A DNA stretch of 62,836 nucleotides, the filler included, from Globobulimina sp. (lineage: Eukaryota): the NCBI GenBank assembly GCA_003354225.1. It is 28 parts of 28 records of this genome, joined end to end, with 100 filler letters (N's around TTAATTAATTAA, not from the genome) between each part and the next. Parts side by side here need not be neighbours in the genome. Positions count along the whole stretch, not along the records: positions 1 to 2,149 come from PIVH01008622.1; positions 2,250 to 4,398 come from PIVH01008623.1; positions 4,499 to 6,647 come from PIVH01008624.1; positions 6,748 to 8,896 come from PIVH01008625.1; positions 8,997 to 11,145 come from PIVH01008626.1; positions 11,246 to 13,394 come from PIVH01008627.1; 22 more parts are not named here. The stretch is one strand, 5' to 3'. Of this stretch, positions 1 to 11,957 are shown piece after piece. The translations under genes and the position numbers were made by a program. How positions within the stretch are numbered: the first letter of the stretch is position 1; every line of letters starts with the position of its first letter. The notes under the pieces were generated by a model. It was not told the origin of the DNA. It saw only the letters and a program-made list of their open reading frames with translations, and made no database searches.

Positions 1-861
1 ATTACCAGCACATTGCAACGGAGACACAACTTCGTGTTTTTTGAATTTCGTTTTCAACTCTTTTAAAGAGTACGTTTTGCTTCTTTTGATGCCTTGGCCT
101 GTTATTATATTGTATGTAGTTATTATATTATTATATATTATATATGTGATTTATTTTAGACATTCTTTACCTGCATGCACTTCAAACTCATACTCGTCCG
201 CATCGATGCGCGGCACTGGTAAATGGTTGCGAGTATAATGTAAATGGTTCGGCGTATAATATTTCTCAGTCAACCGTTCTAAGAGACATTCCCCGTTAAA
301 TGGGTGATAAGTATTGTACAATAAATCCGGATGACGCACTGGATCATCATCGTAGGCATTGAAGAATTTGAAGGGTGGATTGTCCGCTTTCTCTCGATCC
401 TCAGCCGATAATTTGCCGATTTTCAAGCGCTGCATCCAAGGAATAACATGTCCGCGATAATGATCCTGATAAACCTCCCAAAAAAAAGCCAAATCCTGGC
501 CGCCTGCCATTAATAAACGGGATTTGAGGCCGGGATGACCGGTTATAAATGGCGTGGCGTCGTAGACATCGCCGCGTAATGTCACCCACAAAGAGTCCGC
601 CGTGCAATGCTGCTGCACCTCTTCCAACGGGATCACTTTGTTTGTGTCCACTTTCTTCTCCTCCTTCTTCGAACTGCTCTTGCTTTTGCTAAAAAAGGAG
701 AGGCCCAAAGCCGTCGAAGCACCGCCAATGTAATATTTGCCATATCCTCTTTCTGAATTGTTATTATTGTATTGGCCTCGACCAAATCGACTGATTCCCG
801 CCAATTTCGTACTGTTTACACCGCCAAGATTGCCCGCTTTGCGGATCACACTCTTAAACAT
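1..861 (-). CDS. SUOX: Mitochondrial sulfite oxidase (presequence + cytochrome b5 + Moco domain), 3'-truncated; intron 99-170
   Basis: b5 motifs WVTLRGDVYDAT and HPG, then YTRNHLPVP; splicing the GT-AG intron 99-170 gives ...HAGQGIKRSKTYSLKELKTKFKKHEVVSPLQCAGN, containing the Moco-ligating Cys. Confidence 0.93.
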
Positions 862-1032
862 ATTTGATTTTGATTTTGATTTGATGAGAATTCAGATCAA
901 TTTAATATTATTACTAATTACCAGAATAACAACGTTTGCGTTTCTGTCAAGCGGCACCAAAAATGTCGACTAGTCACAAAGAATGATTACAAGATGTTTT
1001 TTACACTTTTTTTAAAAAAATGTTATAATTAA

Positions 1033-2142
1033 TTATAAAATGCCAAATTCCATCCAAGATTCTTTCTTGATTTCCTGGCCATGTTTGTCGTACACATTTA
1101 CTATTTCAACGGATATGATTACTTGCATTGCTTTTACTTTTTCCCATTTATCATTTGTATGTACAGATCTTATGACACATCTCGGATTTGCATAACGTAA
1201 TATCGCTGTTTCTTCAAATTGTCCCTTTTCCAATGTACTCTGTAACTTAATATTACATTTTATCGCATTAATGTTATATGGCAGTCTCAATATTTTTAAT
1301 TTAAACACCATTTTATTATCAAATCCTTTGCTTCCTCGCGGCGCACAAATAATACAAAAGCAATAATGATTGAAACTCGGCGAATAAAACACTTTATATT
1401 TTATCGCATTTTCAAATTTATTTAATGTATCTTTTGATATATTCCATGTATATTCATTCAGCCTCTCTATGTTCGTTTGTTTTGCAAAGCAATTATCAGT
1501 TTGTTTGGACCTCATCTCAATAATCTCAATAAAACATGTAAATGTTATGCATTGTAAATCTTTGCATTCCTCAAATGACAACGCTTTTGAACTCCAAAAT
1601 TGAAAATCATCAATTTTTTGAAATATTTTTGTAGTTTTAAAGCAATAATCAGTCTCTTTACAACTTAACATAATATGCGCAACAATGTGAGATATACTTT
1701 GTGGAAATGAATTTATTCGAATTCCAAACGTCACAAATTTTTGGGTTTTACAGGTATTGCCATTTGGAGCCACAACACATTCAAATATCAAATCTTTAAT
1801 TTGTATGATTGGACCTGTCATTATTTCAAAATTATCGCAACTTTTGAATTTCTTTATTTCTTCACTTGTTGATATTGTCCAATTTGTTGCATATTGATAA
1901 TTATCATTGTTGTTCAGCCGCAATGCTATTTCATTGCAAACTGATTCTTTTTCCTCAAATTGTTCCTCATTGGATGAACATTGAAAATTTAATGTTCCAA
2001 TATTAGAAATTACATCGCAAGTTATGTCCGTATCGACAATGAATTGATTTATTGGTTGTTGCATTGGCCCAAAATTGCTATTTTTAAAAACATTATCAGC
2101 GATTTCTTTTATTTTAAGATTTTGCTGTTTTTGAGCCATCAC
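1033..2142 (-). CDS. Hypothetical protein with two tandem MATH/TRAF-like beta-sandwich repeats
   Basis: 369-aa ORF with an internal duplication (WTIS..F..C..PNG vs WNIS..F..C.PRG) typical of MATH-like folds. Confidence 0.5.
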   Translation of the reverse strand: MMAQKQQNLKIKEIADNVFKNSNFGPMQQPINQFIVDTDITCDVISNIGTLNFQCSSNEEQFEEKESVCNEIALRLNNNDNYQYATNWTISTSEEIKKFKSCDNFEIMTGPIIQIKDLIFECVVAPNGNTCKTQKFVTFGIRINSFPQSISHIVAHIMLSCKETDYCFKTTKIFQKIDDFQFWSSKALSFEECKDLQCITFTCFIEIIEMRSKQTDNCFAKQTNIERLNEYTWNISKDTLNKFENAIKYKVFYSPSFNHYCFCIICAPRGSKGFDNKMVFKLKILRLPYNINAIKCNIKLQSTLEKGQFEETAILRYANPRCVIRSVHTNDKWEKVKAMQVIISVEIVNVYDKHGQEIKKESWMEFGIL

Positions 2143-2149
2143 AATTGAA

Positions 2150-2249
2150 NNNNNNNNNNNNNNNNNNNNNNNNNNNNNNNNNNNNNNNNNNNNTTAATTA
2201 ATTAANNNNNNNNNNNNNNNNNNNNNNNNNNNNNNNNNNNNNNNNNNNN
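2150..2249. other. Artificial contig-joining spacer N44-TTAATTAATTAA-N44 (first of 27, recurring about every 2.25 kb; last at 60591-60690)
   Basis: Identical 100-nt block with a six-frame stop 12-mer; segments between spacers decrease monotonically from 2149 to 2146 bp; genes are cut at the spacers. Confidence 0.99.
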
Positions 2250-2625
2250 TAGTTGTTTCATTCGATACTTTTTGTCCTGTAACTTTGAGATTTTTTTCAT
2301 ATAAATATTTAATAGCCTTATCAAGCTCATCAGTTTGACCATGATCTTTTAAATGCTTTAAGTGTGCTGCAATTACGTTATTACCTTGTTTAACTATATT
2401 TTCCATTACCTTATATTCATCATATTCTTCTACTTCTTTTTCAACGACTGTTAATGCTCCTTCTGGGCAATTACCAATACATGCGCCTAATCCATCGCAT
2501 AAGAACTCTCCTACAAGTCTTGCTTTTCCATCAATTATTTGTAAAGCACCCTCGGGACAGTCTGGTACACATTTACCGCATCCATTACATTTGTCTTCGT
2601 TAATTACTATAATTTTTCTGTTCAT
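2250..2625 (-). CDS. Bacterial-type 2x[4Fe-4S] ferredoxin-domain protein (FrdX-like family of anaerobes), 3'-truncated
   Basis: MNRKIIVINEDKCNGCGKCVPDCPEGALQIIDGKARL..LCDGLGACIGNCP; GGAGG Shine-Dalgarno 5 nt before the ATG at 2625; no intron. Confidence 0.88.
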
Positions 2626-2630
2626 GATTT

Positions 2631-2672
2631 CCTCCACAGTTAAATGATACCTTATTAGTATCATTTTGTCAA
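2631..2672 (-). promoter_or_regulatory. Sigma70-type promoter (TTGACA-N17-TATCAT) with overlapping palindromic operator and Shine-Dalgarno
   Basis: -35 TTGACA at 2672-2667; -10 TATCAT at 2649-2644; 17-nt spacer; perfect inverted repeat AAATGATAC-N7-GTATCATTT at 2642-2666; GGAGG at 2635-2631. Confidence 0.85.
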
Positions 2673-2744
2673 GCAATAATATCTTTTTTTTAAATTTATT
2701 TTTTATGGGTTTTTACGCAAAGATTTCTAGGTCGTAGATCTGGT

Positions 2745-3570
2745 CTAGATTATTGTAGTTTTCAGGGATAATAGGTTCGAAATAGTATATCCCCTCTTTT
2801 TTACTAACTGACTGCTAAAAACTACTAAATCTGCAAAATGAACGATATCATCAACATTACTTCCACGATCATTTTCAATTTCAACTGACACGAAAATACT
2901 TTTGTAGTTTGTCTTAATGTATGATAGTATATGAATTATTTCGTCTGCTCTCACAATCCATGATTCAATATGGACAATTTGCAAATCATCCATTATTGTT
3001 TTATTCTGCATATCGATGAATTGTAATGTATTATCAACAGATTTAAGCAATGTATTTCCATTGTTGTGATTATCGCAAATTGGCCATGGATTGGTTGTGA
3101 TCGAAGTCATAAAATCTTTAAATGTGAATTGCTTTAAACATATATCTGCAACAATGGTTCTTGATTTATGTTTGCTTGCTACAATGCAATATGCCACAGT
3201 CATATCATGTTTATTGGAATAAACACATAAATCAGTATTGATTCCATATTTCTGCAGTTCCGACTCAACAAATGATGACCTTTCTTTGTTTGATAATGAC
3301 CCCATAAAGTATATTTTATTACATTTACTGTTTTTGTTTGAGGACAATAATGATAAAACAACTGCGCTGTTTCCCGCATTACCACCTGTATGTGTTTAGT
3401 GTTTACTGTATTTCATATATACTGTACATATATCAAAATTAACCTCTTCGTAACACAGAGGATGAACAACGAATTTTATCATCTTCATTTGGATACTCTG
3501 GGACTGTGAATATCATATCTTCACAAACTAATCCCATGATCAATATTCCTTTGTTTGTTTCTGATGCCAT
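2745..3570 (-). CDS. Ketohexokinase-like PfkB sugar kinase; intron 3386-3443; homology breaks off near 2790
   Basis: Spliced N-terminus MASETNKGILIMGLVCEDMIFTVPEYPNEDDKIRCSSSVLRRGGNAGNSAVVLSLL matches the KHK/PfkB start; VSVEIE and ADLVVFS motifs; C-terminal ATP-binding part absent. Confidence 0.8.
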
Positions 3571-3623
3571 GGCTGTCAACAAGGTATTTTCAAAAAAACA
3601 GTGTAGTGGGTTATACTTTCATT

Positions 3624-4398
3624 ATGCAGCCGCAACCAAGAAAACCAAGACCAAAAAGCCCAATTCCAAAAAGAGCATTGCCAAAAAGAGCATTACCAAA
3701 CAAACCTTTGCCATCAAACAAACCTTTACCAAAGCAAATACAACAACCAATTCAACAGAATAATTATAATAATAACGTATCAGATCAAAATGCAAAAGCA
3801 CATCAACCACAGAAACCTCAACAACAACATCCAGACGAAAATGCGCCATATCAACAATCTAAACCTGAACCAGAACCAGAACCAGAACCAAAACCAGAGA
3901 TAGAACCACCACCAGAGGACGAACATGAACCACAGCAACAACAGCAACAGCAACAGCAACAAGTTGACGAAAAACAGACAGATAATAATTGGTATAAACC
4001 AGTAAGTAAACCGCGAAAAAGTTATCAAGCATCAAAAACATGCAAATTATTATTGGATGATAAAAAAAACAAAGTAAAAAAAGTAAAATTATTTGCAGAA
4101 TATGATAAATTTTTTGTAGCAGAAGGAAACAGTAAAAATCGAGGATTTCAGGTCGCATCGATTTGCAATAATGAATATGGCAAAGCATTCGAGAAAATGG
4201 GAATCGATCCAGGATGGCGAGTTACCAAAGTTGGCAATAAAGCATTGCCAAAACAAAGTTTCCCAATGTTGAAAAATCAATTACTAGCAATGGGGCAAAA
4301 ATCTGGCAATAAAGGATATTATTTAATGTTTGATGGGAATCCACCCACAAAGGAAGAAGTTCTGAAACTTGAGCGGAAGGAAAAAGTTATTAAACTTT
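3624..4398 (+). CDS. Pro/Gln-rich protein with a PDZ-like segment, 3'-truncated
   Basis: Low-complexity KPLP/EP/polyQ region, then GFQVASI..GKAFEKMGIDPGWRVTKVG resembling a PDZ core. Confidence 0.5.
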
Positions 4399-4498
4399 NN
4401 NNNNNNNNNNNNNNNNNNNNNNNNNNNNNNNNNNNNNNNNNNTTAATTAATTAANNNNNNNNNNNNNNNNNNNNNNNNNNNNNNNNNNNNNNNNNNNN

Positions 4499-6647
4499 TT
4501 GCTGATGGACACACTGTTCGGCACAGTCTCCACGAATCCCGAGGCCGGCGACGTGACGATCACTGAGTACGGCCGCAGCTGCAGCGGCAACTTGGCGGCG
4601 GAGAAGATCTTCGCAAACAGTTTGATGAATTGCATCGCCATCTGTTCCTGGCGCATATCCTCGCCGCTCTTGAATATCACCGACTGCATAGACCATTTCT
4701 GGTTGGCTTTGAAGGGCGACTCTTGTTTGTAGCGCCGATGCCGCTCATTCCAGGGCTCTCCGAACGGGTCCTTCCATTGCATGGATTTGCCGCGCAAATA
4801 TTGCAATTTGCTGTGTTGACTGTTTTCGTAGTTGGGATGCCGGTAAATCACCACCGCCGCTTTCTGGCTCTTCCCACTATACTTTATAGACTGCGCCGCG
4901 CCGCCTTTGCTGTTCGCATTCGCGCCCACCGGCGGCTGGCGATGCGCGGCGTTGTTGGTCCGGGTGTCTGGCGACAAATTGCCATCGCTTTTGCAATGGT
5001 TGAGGTTATTTCTTTGATGCATTTTACGATTTTTATCCGGTTCCGGCGTGCGGGAACGCCCAAATTTGCTTTTTCTCGAAGGGGCCGCTACGGCATGTAA
5101 TTGCGACGAGGAATTGTAGTGTTTGGTGTGTTTATCGCTGGCACGCATCAATTGCACGCGGGCGTTGTCGCCGCATTTCTCCTTTTTGAGTGCTTTGTGG
5201 TTGGACGGTTCGAAGGGTTCCAATGCCTTCAAATGTCTTTTCATCGCTTCTTCCGCCACTTTGTCGATGGGCCTCGGCTGCGGGACGGGTATGGACGAGA
5301 TATTGACTTTTTGCATGGCGGGATTGGTCATGGTGACGGACTGCGAGGGCTCGGTCACAGTGCGTTCATTGCTGTCGCTGCTTTTCATCTCGTCGTCGTC
5401 CTCCACGCTGGAGATGCTATATTCGACGGGGTCTAATTCCAAAGGCGTCTGAGACAGACTATGGACTTCCTGCGGCGGCGTGATATCGCGCGCCGGCTTT
5501 GCGTTGGCAACGGGCACTGCAGCGGGAGCAGGGAGGGGTTTGTTGTTTTTGTGTTTGGATTTGTTGAATGGGCGCGACGGTTTACGTTTGGTCGGTTTTA
5601 AGCGTTTCGGATTGTTGTTTTTCTTCTTTTTGCCGGCTGGCTTGCCTTCGATGTCCTTGTCTTTATCTTTGTGTTTCCGTTTGCGATGTTCGTCGATCAA
5701 TACGTATAAACCAGCTATGTATGGTAGGTTTACATGCATTGATTTGCAGAGGATACGAGTGGCAACGTACAGTAACAAGAGATGTTTATGGGTTGCTTAT
5801 AGACAGTTTTTTGTTGCATTCTGAGGTAATGATTGCGTTGGAAATCGAAATGATTTCGGTCAGGTCGCAAATGTCTGGGTGCGTGTTGGGGATAATTCAA
5901 TTTCATAAACAACAGGCCACCAAATCGAAAATCCAACAATTTAATATGTTTTCTAATCTTCCGACGGACTGCAAAGTATTAGAAAACATATTATTGCATC
6001 ACGTCACGCGGATATATATACAATACATATCACTTAACACGACGACAACAATGCAGTCTCAGACTCTGTTAACTCTTCGCAAATGGCAGAGGACGAGGTG
6101 GGATATCCATGCTGTTCGGTCTCGCAAAATAGCAAGAAAGGCACTTTTTGTTTGGAGTCCAAACACTTGCTCTCATTGGGCACGATGCGCAATAATGATT
6201 TGTGAGCGTCGGAGGCATGCTGAGCTATGGGGATATACAGTCCGCGCGGCAAACATTTATTGGCGTATCGGATATTGTCCTCTAATAAACGCGGCCTGTC
6301 CTCGCGATCGCATTGTTCTATATATTTTGTTGCATTTTACGCAAATGCGCACATAGAGCACGAGGCAATGGCTACAAACCAAGCGCAGAGGAGACGCCTT
6401 CTAAGAAATGGGCAAAATCTAGCTCGGCGTTGAAATATGTACAGCGTCGCTGTTTTTTGAGGTACTCGGTGGCGCCATTTAAGAGCGGATCGACGGCTTT
6501 CAAATTAGTGGGCTTTTTGGGCTGTGGTAAGGCGGAGGATAATGAGGGTGGATGTGGTTGGTTGTTGTGGCTGTTATTGCCGTTGGAGTGGGAATGTCCG
6601 TTTTGTTGTGATTTTTGTTCTTTTTGTTGGTGGTTTAGATGGTTTGG
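4499..6647 (-). CDS. Phosphatidylinositol 4-kinase (type III beta-like), multi-exon, partial at both ends
   Basis: LPRGLYIP..LRIVPNESKCLDSKQKVPFLLFCE and SVIFKSGEDMRQEQMAMQFI..LRPYSVIVTS..GFVETV motifs; exon boundaries not fully resolved. Confidence 0.88.
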
Positions 6648-6747
6648 NNNNNNNNNNNNNNNNNNNNNNNNNNNNNNNNNNNNNNNNNNNNTTAATTAAT
6701 TAANNNNNNNNNNNNNNNNNNNNNNNNNNNNNNNNNNNNNNNNNNNN

Positions 6748-8445
6748 AGTTAACATGCGGGAAATTATTATTTCGTTCCAACGCCACACCAACATCGGCG
6801 GTATACGCCCTTTTCAGCTTAATTCCATCTTCGTCGCTTTGTTTTAATTCTTGCTGTCTTTGCTTGGCAGCTCGGCCAATTTCAGTCTCACCGCGTCCAT
6901 AATTTCGATTTCCGATCACACATTTTCGGAAATCTAAGGAATTTTCGGTCAACGTACCTGTTTTGTCGCTGAATACAAACTCGATTTGTCCTAATTCCTC
7001 ATTCAAATTACTGTTTTGCACAGTGCAGAATTTGTCGGTTTTCCCTCTCAATCTGGTATACATTTTAATGTCCCATTCCATAAAGTGAGCTTGGATGAAT
7101 TTTACAGTCTCCATAGACACCAATAATGAAATGGGGATAAATTGCGCAAAAATAATAAACCATGTAAAGAATTTGTAAAATGCATCCAGTTTCGGCGCTA
7201 TTTCCTGATATAAGTACCATGCATTTTGGTTTGAAGTGGTCCAGACACCGCTTAATATCGCACATAACAAACACATGAAAAACTGCATGATTGCCATATA
7301 AAAAATGAATTTGCCCACAGTTTTTTCTACAGATGACCTTTTAATTCGTTTTGTTTCTCTTGATTTGTTATTCATAAATATCTTGCAATCAAAGCCGGCA
7401 TAGATCACCAGGCCATAAATAAAATCGCTATTTCGCAATTCTGAGCCCCGCAATAATAAGTTATCAATCGATAAGTGCACGTTTCGTGCATCATAAGTCT
7501 GCTCTTCTGCTAATATGTTAACCTCTTCTTTTTCGTCGTCCTGCCCAACATTTGGAACATCCAAATCTCGTATTAAGCCATTCCAACTATCCAAGTGTCC
7601 ATTGGGTGCTTCGCACAGAATAGAACTGCGCTTCATTCTCCTTTTAAACTCTTCAAATGAGGATTTGTACTGAATCGACTGTTGGTTATCAAATGGTTTT
7701 AATGTGTTTAGACCCTCTGCAGATTGCTTTAATTTTAAATTAGTCTCTCCATCGATGTTAGAAGTTTCTACGTAACAAAATGGTGCGTCGTGACCTCTGG
7801 CGGAGCATATTAATAACAAATCCGCAGGGAACCGCTGTCTATCTTTGATACGCACAATTTCTCCAACTTGGATGTCCTGGCTACGTTTGGTTATAAAGGA
7901 TGCGTCGTTTTGCTTTATCTCTATAAGTCGTTGATTTACTCGTTTATCGTCTCTATGCCTTTTCTGTGTGTGTAAAAATATGAGATATATAATTATATCA
8001 TATGTACAGTGCATAGCAATTAGCAACATACCCAATCTTCGAGAGCATCCTTGATCGCAGTTACGGTGAACACAAAAGTAAGCGGTAGCAATATGGTTGG
8101 AGTGCCACCGGTTGCTGATACGGCAGGAACTGACTGCAATGCAGCAATGATAACAAAATAAAAGTTTGCGGGGCGTATGATTTGTTCGAAGAGGTTTAGC
8201 GGTAAAAAGGTGAACATCGAATACTTGGACGTTTTAATTTTGTTTCCAATGAATGAGCCTTCATCCATTGATTCAGGTCGTATGTATTCACCATTTCGAT
8301 CATAATTTAATATTCGTTGTTGTGCCTCTTCAGTAACCTCATTGCTTCGACGTAAAAAACTGAAAATACCGCCTCTTCCTTTACAGCGATCGTCTTCTTT
8401 GTCTTGCAGTTCAATATACGCATGTTCAGCCATTCTCTGTGTCAT
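6748..8445 (-). CDS. P4-type ATPase (phospholipid flippase), 3'-truncated; intron 7964-8031
   Basis: TSKY, ALEDW|KRH across the intron, ETSNIDGETNLK, PISLLVS, EELGQIEFVFSDKTGTLT. Confidence 0.95.
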
Positions 8446-8578
8446 TTCATTATATTAATATTGGCTTTTGTGTTGTTTAAACTTTCAAAACAAACCTTAT
8501 TGTGCTCTGACTTTAGTGGCTGAAAATTTTCTTAAATAGACAGATATCAGAGTTTTATCAGAGTTGTTAAGTGAAACC

Positions 8579-8896
8579 ATGGCCTCCAAATTGGCATTTC
8601 AACGAGGTTGGTTACACCGAAATTCTACACATCTTCATCGACATCCTAGATTTATGCATCCTAACTCATGTATGTAGCGTTTTTGCATCGAAAAGCAAAT
8701 TTATAAAAACCTGCAAACACAGTTTTACACAATGCATATTATAAACGAACCATACAACGTCGGTTTGCGAGCAAAAGCAATGCAATGCCAGGACATGATA
8801 AACCAAATTATGTTGTTCGTATTCTATTTGTAAACTCCATAATTGCGGGAAGTATCATTTATTGGTTTGAATGGACTGATGATATAATTGCATTCA
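8579..8896 (+). CDS. Putative mitochondrion-targeted membrane protein, N-terminus only; intron 8670-8722 (missed by the ORF track)
   Basis: Spliced MASKLAFQRGWLHRNSTHLHRHPRFMHPNSFLHNAYYKRTIQRRFASK..VVRILFVNSIIAGSIIYWF is open to the contig end; basic presequence followed by a hydrophobic helix. Confidence 0.55.
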
Positions 8897-9019
8897 NNNN
8901 NNNNNNNNNNNNNNNNNNNNNNNNNNNNNNNNNNNNNNNNTTAATTAATTAANNNNNNNNNNNNNNNNNNNNNNNNNNNNNNNNNNNNNNNNNNNNAGAT
9001 TCTGTATTTCTGTTTTTAG

Positions 9020-11145
9020 ATGGCGTTAATTGTTGAAGACACAAACGAATCCAAAGACGAATTATCAGAATTATCAGACGGTTCAACAGAAGAATCAACA
9101 GATGAATTGGATGATGAGCATAATGATGCGTTCAATTTTGATGATTGGATTGATGAGCATAAATTAGGCGATATAAAAGAGTGTTTTATAAGGTACGATA
9201 TGACCACACTTAGTACATTGAAAATGGATAATGCCAATTATGTCAAATTAATTGGTGATTCGAGCGTTCTCGCACTAGCAAGTTCAGCCATACATGTTGC
9301 TGTTCATAAAGCAATGTTAGCATTGCAAGAATACGACGATGAGAATAGAATTGTTGTTTTTACGCAAAATGAACGCCAATCATTGATAAATATAGAAAAT
9401 AATATTCAACATTTGCAACAAATTAATATTCAACATATTTATGATAATGTTCAAGATAAAAAAGAAATAATTTCCGCGCAAATCAACCAATATAAAACAG
9501 CAAATTCACAGAAATTAAACGAAATTCGGGGAGAAATGGACAGTGCATTTGTTGCGTTACAAACTCATTTCACAGAAATAAAAGCTAAATTACATGAACA
9601 GATCCATGGATATGAAAAGGAAATGGATCAAATTGAACAAGATTATGAAGAAAAAGAACTTCACATTGATACCACATTAAACCATACAAAATCAATGGTT
9701 GCTGAAGATATTAAATATTATCAAGAAATACGGGAACAGTGCGACCATATTGCTACCAAACTTGCAACCAAATTTACAACCACTCCAAACCAACAACGCG
9801 TAAACGAGATCATGGAAATGAGCGCAAAATGCACAAAACAGTTTGAGCAAAGAATGATTTTATTCCAACAGAATGAAAACGTAATTAATGAATATATTGA
9901 CAATGGCTTAGAATTAATTGAGAATAAAATTTCAATAAATATTGATAACAATAGAAAACAGCAAATTATGCGTGACATACAACATTTGATTGGGTATAAC
10001 AGCCGCGACCACATAAGTTAGGTTGTGTATGTTCTGTTACTTCTGTGCATAATGCATTTATTACATATTTGATTTACAGAGTTGTGTGCATCCATTAAAC
10101 CGCGATTGTCTGTATTTGGAGTTCCATCACAGAATAAATTGTCTTACTCAACATTTACAACAAATTTTAAATTTATGATATCGATACGTGACAATGGCTT
10201 AAATGGAATGCGACGGTCATGGAAGGCTGGCAGCAGAGTGCGGATATTATGCAAACAATCGACTTGGATGAATGCACGGATTATTCTAATGCATAAAGAT
10301 TGGTTACATTGTTTATTTGATCATGATGGCAGTGCAAAAAAAATGGACAGATGGGATATGGCTATACAAGCGATGCCTGATCCTGATGAACATATTCACG
10401 TTAATAATGTCAATGATTCTAATGATGTTAATGAAGAGAAGTTATTAATAGAAGACAGTTTCGAATTGGATGAGTCCTGGAAAACTTTCAAAGTTGGTAA
10501 TTATTTAGATTGTAAAGATCGATATGGAAAATGGTATTTGGCTCAAATTAAACAACATAAAAAAACGACAGATTCGAGTTTAATATTCGCCGGACATATT
10601 AATGACGAAAAGCGTCAAGCTTCATTGAAACAAGCCTGGATAGCGCTTTTCAAGGGTTTAGAAGCTATCTGTGTTCATTTTATTGGCTGGTCTGAAAAGT
10701 ATAATGAAGTTATATTTATTGATCCTAAATCCAAAACATTTTGTGATTGTGCCGCTCGAAAGAAATGTTTTGTCAATGAACATCGAATCAGGCCTCCTAA
10801 AACACCAGAATGTATTGGCGGTTTGATGGGTGTTATTGCACAAAATATAAATGTAAATATCGAATGCATCCATAAAGATGTCCAAATTACAAACATTTTA
10901 TCAAAAGAATATATTATGAAATATAAATCACAAAATGACGATAACGTTTCTCTTAAAATGAATGATTTACAAAGTGGAGAAAAACGTGATTTATTATTTG
11001 AATTACAAATACCGACAATTACTAAAAACGAATTCGAAAGAAACTCTATCTATAATTTAGTGAAAATATCAGTGGATTATCATAATGTCATCAAAGGTAA
11101 AAAGGAGAGTGTAACAAAGATATGTTCGATTGAGCGGAGTGAGAA
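9020..11145 (+). CDS. Multidomain protein: SAM-like, coiled coil, two Agenet/Tudor-like repeats, post-VWA segment; intron 10017-10079; 3'-truncated
   Basis: GT-AG intron joins ORFs 9020 and 10082 in frame; WKAGSRVRI..W and VGNYLDCKDRYGKWYLA..VHFIGWSEKY; CIGGLMGVIAQNI..DLQSGEKRDLL. Confidence 0.55.
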
Positions 11146-11439
11146 NNNNNNNNNNNNNNNNNNNNNNNNNNNNNNNNNNNNNNNNNNNNTTAATTAATTA
11201 ANNNNNNNNNNNNNNNNNNNNNNNNNNNNNNNNNNNNNNNNNNNNGTTATCCCATCACCTAGGAACTGAATCCACCGAATCTCGCGAGACTTGGCAAGAA
11301 ATATCATGAATTAAGCATTAAGAGTATGTATACACTGTCAGCAACATATTGCGTTTCTATTACAGAGCAAGAAAAGACCAAAAATAGACAATACTTACGG
11401 TACAATGGACGTGAAACGATATTATTGGTACGGTATTAT

Positions 11440-11722
11440 TGAAACAAACAGAGCTATATGGCCCTTTTGAAACTGATAGATGTGCATAATGTGTGCGAGA
11501 AGGTATTTGTCACCGGATGCATTCTGTAAAATAAAGGCATTTGATGCGTGTTTGAATGGTATTTGGTCGATTGGTGTATGTTTATTTCCAATGTGTGTTG
11601 GATATCATCCTTATAATACGCCAAATAGTGGTGACTATCAATTCCAATTAATTAAAAATGGAAACATTCGACAATTGTTAATTATGATGAATAAGGAATG
11701 TTTTGTTACGGATGATGAATAA
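11440..11722 (+). pseudogene. Degenerate Ser/Thr kinase C-lobe fragment
   Basis: KQSYMA and RYLSP..FDA..GIWSIGVCLF..GYHPY resemble subdomains VIII-X, interrupted by stops; no N-lobe. Confidence 0.5.
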
Positions 11723-11957
11723 GGAAATATTTGATTTATTAAAGAAAAGACAGAATTTCTTTGACTGGATAAATTATTATTATTTGTGATGGATAAACGA
11801 GAAGCAGAGATATAAAATAATGTCAGATATGTATACAAATGGAAGGAGTCAAGAACCGCGAAAATATGATTAAAGTGTTTCAATATTCATTGGCAATCTA
11901 TTCATAACATAATATTTGATATTTCCATTTTTTTTGTCGTATAAACACTTTGCTAGT

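Noticed and set aside
4499..6699. Many plus-strand ORFs over the PI4K gene (and similar antisense ORFs elsewhere)
   Set aside because: Shadow ORFs from GC-richer or low-complexity coding sequence on the opposite strand
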